NCBI GenBank assembly: GCA_030167865.1
Contig: JALAGF010000143.1
Location: forward strand, 1 to 64,000
Reading direction: 5' to 3'
From: Craspedostauros australis
Lineage: Eukaryota
DNA: 64,000 nucleotides
A program made the translations under genes and the position numbers. The notes under the pieces were generated by a model. It made no database searches. It had not been told where the DNA came from and saw only the letters and a program-made list of their open reading frames with translations. Position 1 is the first letter of the stretch; every line of letters begins with the position of its first letter. Shown piece by piece: positions 1-9,150 of the stretch.

Positions 1-45
1 AATGCAACAGAGGGAGAGGATCCGAAGCGGCGATAGATGGTGCCG

Positions 46-1566
46 TCACTGCTCCTTTTCCTCGAACTTGGATGCTCCCGACACTTGCAGATTGGCAGGT
101 TTTCTTGACAATTGCGCCACCGNGATGATCGTTGACCGTATCCAGCCGATTTTCGTGGCAATGATACCCACGATGGCAAGGTACGCAAACACGATGCAAA
201 CTGCGATGGGGTCGGATACAGCCATCGTATCGATGGAGAGATTGACGATTCCTGTGAGGACGTTGGCGATGACGAACATAGGCAATCCATGGCGATTGAT
301 CTTGGACCACACATCTGGAACGGTCGAGTCTGTCGTGGGATGGCTGCTGCCTGAATGAATGCGCGCCCATGTCCAATCGATCATTGCCAGCAACGTCGCA
401 TGATGTGCTGCTATCCAGACGCAAAAACTGGAGTTGGCACTTCGTCGGGATACCGGAATTTGCAATGCGACTGTTAGGATTGCATGGATAGTCCACAGCG
501 TCGCTGCGATCTTGAGGAAGGCCAATGGCCGCGGTTGCGGGACCTTCGTCATGCCTGTTGGATCTGTTTGGGACCACAGGCATTGCTGACCAATGGCTTG
601 CCCCATCCAATAGACTGCGACATACCCTACGCAACTCAGAATGCCTTCGCGATTCGCGGCAAACAGATCGCAGACGGATTCCATCGCGTAGGGATCGCCG
701 GAGCAGACGCGCGGTGCGTCTTCAATGTACACCTGAACGTTGCCGAACGATAGCAATGATTGGTACAGGCCCAGTGACCCAGCCGGCAGCGCCCACGTTG
801 GCTTCTGCAATGAGGATGGCATCAGATTTCCCATCACTGCCAGCACCGCCAACGTGAAGAAGAAGTTCCAGTGCACGCCGTACTCTGTCACGTGTTCCTG
901 ATACTCCAGCCCCTTGTTGGTCACCAACCGAATCACGCCCAATGCGATGAGGGGAAGGGTGTTGGAGAATTTGGAACCTGCCAAGCCGCCCGAAAAACAA
1001 AAGGACGCCGCCCCCACATCCATCAACCCGTATCCGTAGACCTCTGTCTTGCAGTGCCTGCGCGGGAAGACGTGGAAATCGACTGCCAGGATGGCGACGA
1101 AGGTCAGCACCATGACGGAAGATCGGTAGATCGTGAGGAACGGGAGGCGTGGTCGCAATCGTCGTCGTTGTGGCTGTTCGGGTTGTGGATTGTCGCCGGT
1201 GTCTGCGTGGCTTGCACTTGGCGTTGCTGTTGTGGTGCTGTGCTGGCCCTGTAATTGACAATGGACGAACATGACGCACAGTTGGATGAGGGCGATGGCA
1301 GCACCGTACGGCCACAGGTACCTCGTCTGCTGCAGGATGATTGGCAGAAATATGACGACGCATTGCAGTGCCAACTCGGGAGCATTTATGGGCAGATCCA
1401 CGCTGGTCCCATCCCTCTTTCTGACTCGTTGTCGTAGATGCTGCTGCAAGATGGCGCCCACCATCACGCTGAGAGGTGCCGAGAGCGTCACGAAGAATAC
1501 TTCGAACGGGTTGGATCCCTCGTGGCCTGTCACGAAGGCTTCCTTGTCTGCCTTTGACGACGCCAT
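46..1566 (-). CDS. PIGW: GPI inositol acyltransferase PIG-W/GWT1 (multi-pass ER membrane protein)
   Basis: 506-aa ORF with family motifs KEAFVTGHEG, ILAVDFHVFPRRHCKTEVYGYGLMDVG, YQEHVTEYGVHWNFFFTL, NREGILS and IPVSRR, plus many TM segments. One ambiguous base (n) at 123. Confidence 0.93.
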   Translation of the reverse strand: MASSKADKEAFVTGHEGSNPFEVFFVTLSAPLSVMVGAILQQHLRQRVRKRDGTSVDLPINAPELALQCVVIFLPIILQQTRYLWPYGAAIALIQLCVMFVHCQLQGQHSTTTATPSASHADTGDNPQPEQPQRRRLRPRLPFLTIYRSSVMVLTFVAILAVDFHVFPRRHCKTEVYGYGLMDVGAASFCFSGGLAGSKFSNTLPLIALGVIRLVTNKGLEYQEHVTEYGVHWNFFFTLAVLAVMGNLMPSSLQKPTWALPAGSLGLYQSLLSFGNVQVYIEDAPRVCSGDPYAMESVCDLFAANREGILSCVGYVAVYWMGQAIGQQCLWSQTDPTGMTKVPQPRPLAFLKIAATLWTIHAILTVALQIPVSRRSANSSFCVWIAAHHATLLAMIDWTWARIHSGSSHPTTDSTVPDVWSKINRHGLPMFVIANVLTGIVNLSIDTMAVSDPIAVCIVFAYLAIVGIIATKIGWIRSTIIXVAQLSRKPANLQVSGASKFEEKEQ

Positions 1567-2035
1567 GCCTATTCCGCCTTCTGCTAATGCTGTTGGCGAT
1601 ACGTTCGTTCCTGTTGTTGGCGTGCTTGTGAAATCGTGTTAGTGTGGAGATGATCAAGGATGGGTCGTTGGGTTGTCTGGAGACATCAACAAAGGCCACC
1701 AGGATGCTGTTTTTGTGTGGTGCGATCACGTTCGAACGTTCCGGTCCAAACATCCCGTGATGTGGAGAAAGTCTCCCGCGTTCTCCGTAACAACACAAGT
1801 TCGCAAGAGGGGCTAGAGTATCGAACCTAGAGAATACAAATCTCATCCCAGAATGTCGCAGAAAGTGGTAAATGGTTCCTTCTATTTTGCTTTGGTTATT
1901 GGAAAGTCTGGGTGGATATCTGTCTGTCTGTGCGTGTATGCGTGCGTGCGTGGTGTACCTGCCTGTCTACCTGCCTGAAACAAGCTTGTATCTCAGCACA
2001 TTGCATGAGCCAACAGTGCACCGAGGTCTGAGAGT

Positions 2036-2635
2036 TTAGAAGAATCCCTCTGTCTTGAGCTGGGCAACCCAAGCCTTGGCGCGATCCTCGGACATGTCGT
2101 ACTGGTTGTCCTCGTCGAACATGCAACCGACGAACTTGCCGTCCTTCTGGGCCTTGGATTCCTGGTGCTCGTATCCATCGGTGGAGGTGAGACCGTAGAC
2201 CTTGCAGCCCTTCTCGACGAACTTGTCATACAGCTCACCGGCGGCGTCGCAGTAGTAGTCGGAGTACGACTGCTGGTCTCCGCATCCGAAGATGGCGACC
2301 TTCTTGCCCTCGAGCTCGAGGTTTGGGAGGGTGTCGTAGAGCCAGTCATCCCACGAGGTTCCGGAGCGTTGCTCGTCGGAGCCAGTGTGCCAAGTTGGGG
2401 CACCCACGATAAGGCCGTCGGCTCCGGTGATGTCACCGTCGGAAGCATCACCAATGTCAAGGGCTTCAAGGCCGGTGGCCTCGGCGATGTATCCGGCGCA
2501 GGTCTCGGTGTTTCCAGTGGAGGTGGAGTAGAAGAGGCCGTGGGCGTTGAGGGCGGTGGCAGAGCGCATGCTGGCGGATGGCACGACCCAGGCGCTGGAG
2601 CCTGCGACGAGAGCGGAAAGGATGACGATCTTCAT
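2036..2635 (-). CDS. Plastid-targeted long-chain flavodoxin
   Basis: FMN-binding loop YSTSTGNTET, GAPTWHTG, AIFGCGDQQSYSDYYCDAAGELY. Likely start is the ATG at 2635 (MKIVILSALVAGSSA-W...), giving a signal peptide plus Ser/Ala/Arg transit peptide of the diatom bipartite type. Confidence 0.95.
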   Translation of the reverse strand: MKIVILSALVAGSSAWVVPSASMRSATALNAHGLFYSTSTGNTETCAGYIAEATGLEALDIGDASDGDITGADGLIVGAPTWHTGSDEQRSGTSWDDWLYDTLPNLELEGKKVAIFGCGDQQSYSDYYCDAAGELYDKFVEKGCKVYGLTSTDGYEHQESKAQKDGKFVGCMFDEDNQYDMSEDRAKAWVAQLKTEGFF

Positions 2636-3758
2636 GATGTTGATTGCAGTGGTGGTGGTGGTGGTATTGATGGCTCGTTGAGATATCTTTCTCGTTTTTA
2701 TGAGATGGATACGGTTGTTGGAAGGCTGGTTCATGTTGGATCAAACGTCCTCCCCAGCATGCCACGATGCAACCGCTGCGTTGCAGGGCCACATCTTCAT
2801 CCCCTGTTTCTCCTTCCACACAACGGCAGTGCCACCACCATGTGCGCACCGCTATTGCCACTGCGATCCACACGCAACGAAGCCCAACAGGAAGGAAGAA
2901 ACAGCCACAACGAAACGTCATCGTGCGAAGATCGTCATGATGGGTCTGTCAGATTTGAAGACCGATCATGGCACCTCCTCCAATCAGTCGAGTCCGCGAC
3001 AGCAAATCCAACACAGATCGTGTCGAGCACGCATCGGATGAGTGCACGCCTTGCTTCGGGAGTGTGGCTGCATCGTGCATTTTGTGAACACTGTTGTCCA
3101 AAGTCGTCACCATCGTCGTTTCGTGGGTGTTGGACACGCTCCCCGTTCGCATGACGCGTGTTCATCTCGTGTCGGGAACTTTGTGTGGCTGGAGAAAAGA
3201 AGAACCGCAAAGGCGGGTATCTTTGTGACTCGTCCGACTATGTAGTATTTTCTGTGATTACTTCGATTAGATCTGTGTGTCGAGAACAGCGATGTGTGAT
3301 TTGCGTCTGCGTGTCGCACTCGGAGAGCAGAGCCGAGAACAGAGCAGAGCAGAGCCCTTCGCGATGTGATGCACTCTGGAGCAGGTATGCTACTAGCCAC
3401 ATGTTGGAACAAATATTGTGGCGCTGGTTTCATTATTGTTGTTCTACTCTACTCTACTCTCCTGTCATGGCACCGTTCTTTATGCAAGTGCTCTTTTGTT
3501 GTTCCTCCTTTCTTCACGATGTTTGCCACAACAAATGCTCCTTCTTCAGAGAGGGAGAGACAGTTGCAGGCACAAGCACCGGTCATTCAAGGCATCACAA
3601 TCGAGGCATCGCATGATCAGGCATCCGCTCCCAAACAATATATAAGACTCGAGAGCAGAGTGGAGCGGAGTAGAGTGGAGGACACTCCTCTGTTGCGATC
3701 CAATCCACCAACCTCCGTACCACGTGGAGCGTTCTCTGTTATCACAGCTCGTCGCAGG

Positions 3759-4667
3759 CTAAGCCGTTTCGGAAGATGACAGCTTCTCGAAGATACCCAG
3801 GAAGGTCTCAGGTCCTTGGGCACCAGAGAATCCGTACGGCTTTCGAGAAGGATTGCCATCGGCATCCACTTTGCCGATCACGAAGAAGGGAACGCTGGAG
3901 ATCTCATAATCGCGGCGTCCCAAAGCAATTGCTCTGTTCACTTCCGCGGCACCTTCGTCTTCCGTGAGGTACTTCTTGAGCTCATCCAGTTCGGTGATCT
4001 CCATCTTGCTGGCGACATCCATCAACACTTCGACGTCCGCCAGGTTCAGCCCCTGTTCGTACTCGGCGTCGAAGAGCAAGGCGTTGCATTTGTTGGTGGG
4101 CAGATGCTTCGTCTCGCAGTAGTGCACCAGCTGGTGGGCCTTCAGTGTGTGAGGCCACCATTGCCAATTGTTGAAACTCGCACCATCCTTGCGACCCTGC
4201 ACCTTGAGGTTCTTGGTCCAGCCGCCGCCGCCCCAACGCCTTTGGCAGTAGTCCGGAACAGTCTCGCCGTTGATGTTGGTGGCAGGGTCGATCATGAACG
4301 GCTTCCAGTTCACCTCGATGGTGGATGGCGTGCCACCGTTCCCACCTGCCTCGTTGGATGCATTGGCGGCTGTGAATTGCTCGATGGCCTTCGTCAACCG
4401 CTTCTGCCCAACGTAACACCAGGGTCACGCAAGGTCGGAATAGATGGTAACCTTGATCTTGGAAGGCACCGCGCGTCCTAGCTTCGATGCCGCTGCTGCT
4501 CTTGGAGTGGTCATGGCGTGCGCTTGTGGAAGAAATGCCGTCTGGTTCACGTAGAAGCTCTCGCTCGCGATCAGGACGAGAAGAAGAGACAGAGCTCTGA
4601 AGAATGCCTTGCTCCTTGGGAATAATCCAGCCGACGACAAAGGCGATGACATGGCCAGGTGGGACAT
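3759..4667 (-). CDS. DsbA/FrnE-family thioredoxin-fold oxidoreductase, probable selenoprotein (in-frame TGA at 4425-4427, motif U-P-W-C)
   Basis: ORFs 4425..4667 and 3759..4397 share one frame. Reading through gives KIKVTIYSDLA-TGA-PWCYVGQKRLTKAI, matching the FrnE consensus xSDxxCPWCYxG. Downstream: WKPFMIDP, HTLKAHQL, cis-Pro loop ISSVPFF, FSGAQGPE. Hydrophobic N-terminal segment. Confidence 0.85.
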
Positions 4668-5389
4668 CGCGATGTTGCTGCTGTCCAGATTGTGTGCCTT
4701 CTCATGGCTGGCCCTTGTGTTTCCTAAGTCATTTCTGGTTGTCGCAGTTGGTGTTGTTTACCTGTGTTTGTCTGCGTCCGCTTGTGGATGTCAACGAGAA
4801 GGAAAGTGTCTGCCGTTCTCTCAACCTTCGATAGAATTCGCCTGAGGAGTGCTTAGCATTCGATGGGCTTCCACGACAAAAGCGGTTTCGTATCTTTTGG
4901 TCAAGTGGTACATGGTATGTATCACTCAATACCTCACATACTCCGACTGTCCATCGTCCGCCACGCTACGCTGGTAACGAGATGTTGTTGCGGGTGGGCA
5001 CAAGATGGACGGAGGCGTGCACATAGACTACAGCGGAAGAGCAACAGACAACGTGACCCATGTACGTGTTGCAGTTGCAAACCTGCAGATAGAAGCAAGA
5101 CAGGCAGTCTCCTTTGCTCTCCTCCTCTACTCTTCAGTTCCTCGTCTCGGATGATAGGTATTATACGTCGCAAACCCTTTTCCCGCCACATTCACCTTCG
5201 CGTGTGGTGCAAGTCGGAGGCAACAAAAGTCTTCCGTGGAAGGTGGAGCCTCGCACTCGTACCCTTTCTCTTTCTTGTCGGGGCTAAAAGGCTTCGTCAA
5301 TGCAAAGTATTATAGATGCCAGCCTTGTTGGTACGTATCTGTGATGTTAACTGTAGTCTCTTGCTGTACTTGTCAAAACTTGTGCGACA

Positions 5390-6970
5390 TCAATCGGCGC
5401 CGTGCTCCATGTCGCAACCTTGCGGAGCTCCAACCGATTTTGCGCGCAACTCAGCAGCAGGAGCAGCAACTGCAACATGCGATGGAGATGTGCCCGATTC
5501 CACCAGTGTGTGTCTTGTATCGGCCATGGAAGGAGCGACGTTTGCTTCCAAATCAATGATCGTGTCAGCTACTCTATCAGCATTGCTGTCGCCGCCGCCA
5601 ATTCCAATATCATCGCAACCGTCGCTGCAGTTGTTAATGCTCGCTTTCGTCACGGGTCTCTCCGACTTGAGGAAGAGGAAGATGAAAGCAATGGCCAGAC
5701 ACGTGCCGAGATGCCAGAATGGGTGGCCGCCAAATCCGCTGCCGCAGATGTTATCACTCACATCCAGGATCCAGATGGAGAATGATACGGCCAGGGTGAA
5801 GAGAGTGGCTCCTAGCGCTCGGAAGTCGTACGTGTAGGCACCCCTGTGGACAACCACCATGACGATGATGAGGACGAACGAAATCCCCAGCAGGGCTCCC
5901 ACCCAAATCAAGTCCCCAAGGTCGACCAGCAGCTCCATTGCGATGAGTGATGCGTGGGTGAGCGGGACCACGAAGAGGAAGCGGCGTGGGTTGGGGATCA
6001 GCGATGCCAGACAGAAGAGTGCCGGAGACACAGAGATGCCGAACATACCGATTGCGTCCCATTGATTTGCACTGGGGCATTCCGACGCATGGAACCACCA
6101 AGAACCGAATCCGAGGACCATCAACGACAGACCGGATGTGATGGTTAACAATGGGAAACGGTGGTACGCATTCATTTGCTCCAGGTACTCAAGCGGGTCC
6201 ATTGATGATTCATCAGCTTCGCTGGCGACATCAGTTGCTGCGGCTGCGGCTGCTGCTGCTGTTTCAGTTGCTGGTGTATCCCTAGCGCCGGCCTCAGCGG
6301 CGATGATTGCCCCGGACCTTGTGGACCCGATTGTGTCGCTGAAGATTTCACTGATCGTGGCATTCGTCGTGGCAGACTGTTCGCTGCGACGACGCCGGGT
6401 GTCTATCGATTTGGGCTGCTGCGGGGATTCTTTGCCGCTATCCGCAGCAATCCGTTCCAATGCAAGGACCTTTTGTCGTTGCAGGCAGCCCCATGTCACG
6501 AGGTAGACGCCGAGGATGAAATATCCGTAGTTGCTACGTGCGTTGGCCGGCTCCACCATGAAGTGTGCGAGTTCCGCTCCTCCCGCCTCACACCAACGCA
6601 ACGGCTCGGGGAATCCTGTCTGGCAGTATCCCCAGACATTGTCATTCTTGAACTTCGCATTCAGAAGTTCCAGCGCTGCGAAGACGATGGCAGAGACCAC
6701 GAGCGAAAGTTGAAGAGCCCGTGTTGCGTCCACAGCAGTGTAGAAGCTGCCTTGACGTTTGGAAGCATCGGTGGCGGTGGTTGGGATGCTATTGTCGTCA
6801 CTTCTGCTGCCATCACTCAGGCTGCCATCGCTACTGATGCTTCTGGTGATGGTACGATGTTCAAATGTCATGGCCTTGCCTCTGATCTGAGTCTTCTCTG
6901 TTGGCTCTGGTGATGCGTCATTTCCAACGGGCGGGTCTCTCACCATTTGTTCCTCCTGTGAATTCACCAT
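5390..6970 (-). CDS. CREST-superfamily (alkaline ceramidase-like) zinc-dependent membrane hydrolase
   Basis: 526 aa with about 7-8 TM segments. Ceramidase-like WCE...VEPANARSN; SxxxH motif (GSWWFHAS); conserved Asp (WDAIGM); HxxxH motif (GHPFWH). Confidence 0.75.
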   Translation of the reverse strand: MVNSQEEQMVRDPPVGNDASPEPTEKTQIRGKAMTFEHRTITRSISSDGSLSDGSRSDDNSIPTTATDASKRQGSFYTAVDATRALQLSLVVSAIVFAALELLNAKFKNDNVWGYCQTGFPEPLRWCEAGGAELAHFMVEPANARSNYGYFILGVYLVTWGCLQRQKVLALERIAADSGKESPQQPKSIDTRRRRSEQSATTNATISEIFSDTIGSTRSGAIIAAEAGARDTPATETAAAAAAAATDVASEADESSMDPLEYLEQMNAYHRFPLLTITSGLSLMVLGFGSWWFHASECPSANQWDAIGMFGISVSPALFCLASLIPNPRRFLFVVPLTHASLIAMELLVDLGDLIWVGALLGISFVLIIVMVVVHRGAYTYDFRALGATLFTLAVSFSIWILDVSDNICGSGFGGHPFWHLGTCLAIAFIFLFLKSERPVTKASINNCSDGCDDIGIGGGDSNADRVADTIIDLEANVAPSMADTRHTLVESGTSPSHVAVAAPAAELRAKSVGAPQGCDMEHGAD

Positions 6971-9150
6971 TATTGCGACTGCTATGTGCGGGAATTATTC
7001 TATTCTACTCTATGTTTTGTTTTGTGTTGTATTGTGCCAGTGTGAGTGTTGTTGTCGGTGAGGATTTTGTGAGGTCAGAAGCTGGAGATTGGAAGTTGGA
7101 GGTTGTGCGTACTCATTGAATTGACGATGCATGGTGAAATGTACCCAGCTGTGCCGTGTGACGAAGCTGCCCTCAATAAGCCGGTGGTTTCCGACAGGAG
7201 AATCATGAGGTGCCCAATGATGAAAGAATGCATCTGTGGGGACGATCGTAATCCGGAATGGATGGCCGTCACACGTTCTCGAAGACTGTATGCCAATTTT
7301 AGAAGTGATTGCGAGCTGGTTCTGAAAACGTGAGGAGAAAGTCGTCAGACCAGTGCTTGTGAATTGCCCACGATTGCGCTTCCTCGTCGGCTTTTCCGTT
7401 CGGCGATAGCAAATGGAGACCAGAGAGGCAAAGAGATAAAGTGAAAAATACTGTGAACAGAGAGCTGTTGGGTCGGACAGCGTGAATAACAATCGGCGCA
7501 ACAGAACCGCCGTTATCCGATGCTGTGGACGTCGCCGTTTCACTTGCAACCCATTGCACACAACATGGGAGCCTCTGATGACGTTTCCATCCGTGGTTGG
7601 AAAGACCGGTTCGGTTCGTTGAGGTACTTGCTGCAACATCGGCATCACGATTCAACATTGCACCAAACTCCCACAATGGGATGGGCATCTGCTCTCACGG
7701 ACTTGAGCAAAGCTCATCGGAGGACTACCCTCTGGACTGTTTTTTCCTGCTTCACAACTGACAATCTCTGCGAGGGTGGAGCAGGCATGAGGATCACGCA
7801 ACCAGTGCGGACAACCACATTGCTTGTCTGTGACGGAGCAGAATTTAAAGCTGTAAATCGCGGGTACAAGAAAGGCGGTGGAGTGGAGTGCTTGATGGAG
7901 GAGAGGAACGGCATCGTCCTGGGTGCGTAAGGTCGGCGATCCTTCGATGCCGACGTCCTCCACGACTGCTCTCCTTCATTGATCGTGCCCACCTCCTGCG
8001 GATTCATGGTTGTTGTGATCGCCGTGCCATCAAAATGTTCTGCCTGTTAATGCGTCGAATTCGTCCAACAGAGGGGAAAGCCAAGCGATGCAGGAGAACA
8101 TGACAACACGATCCGTTGGACAACTTGTGCGTCTCGTTGTGATGGCGGATGTGCTCGAGACGCACTTGGTGACGAAGCATGTGGCATGTCTGTGACGATT
8201 GTGCTGTCGGCATTGTCGAAAATGACGTTTTTGGAGGACTAGCCTTGATCATGGATCACACCATTGATCCGAAGTAAAAGCCGACGGAGGGTCCATCTCA
8301 AACAACAAAGTGAGAAGCCACGGCTCTGGATGTGCTCAACAACGCTGAGAGAAAGAAGTGTTCCGAGACAGACAAAGATGGAGCGGACCTCGGGGACCGT
8401 CGGCGCCAACCCAAACTGACCTCGACCTAAACAGCAGTTGGGTCGCTTCCCCCAATGACGCATTCAACCATCTACCACACATCATCGGTGGAGTTGCATT
8501 GAGTACGCACGTTCGCAAAAGTCGTCAATCGTGCGAGCGCGCAAGTGGACCAGATTGTGAATGAGTGGATGTGGAAATGGGAAGAGCAAGGATGATGTGA
8601 ATGAGCGTATGAACCACTCTGTCTGCGGGGCTCGTCGATATTCGGCTTCTCCAGAGAGGTGTTCCAGAGATGGAGAGTCAGAGGATCCGTGAGTGGACGT
8701 GCAGAAACGCTTGCAAAAATGCTTCGATTGCAAGGTACACGAGCGATGCAACATCAACGGCTAGTTGAAGCGTGATGGCAACAGTCCCATACGCGAGGAC
8801 ACGCCCAACATGACAGAGTTGGAACTGAAACTGTTCGTCACAGTGTGCTTGTTGGGCGAGAAATAACAGTTCCGATCACGAACCGCGACCGACTCATTCG
8901 ACCAACGAACATGTAAAAGTTGCGGTAATTGTATACATACTGATATTATACACATGTTGACAACCACACAAAAAAGCGAAAAACCCAGCAACAACACACG
9001 AACATGCACTAATCACGACAGTGTCTCCACCTTCATTCATTCATCCATCCATCCATCCATCCACCAACACCCTACCCCTCTTGTCTTCGTCCCACCCTCG
9101 CTTGCACTTCAGACCTCAAGAGATCAGCGACGGTGCAACAAGAGACCACC

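Noticed and set aside
3715-3758. GTGA...GGAT hairpin just after the DsbA stop codon as a SECIS
   Set aside because: Helix II pairs poorly and there is no correctly positioned apical AA.
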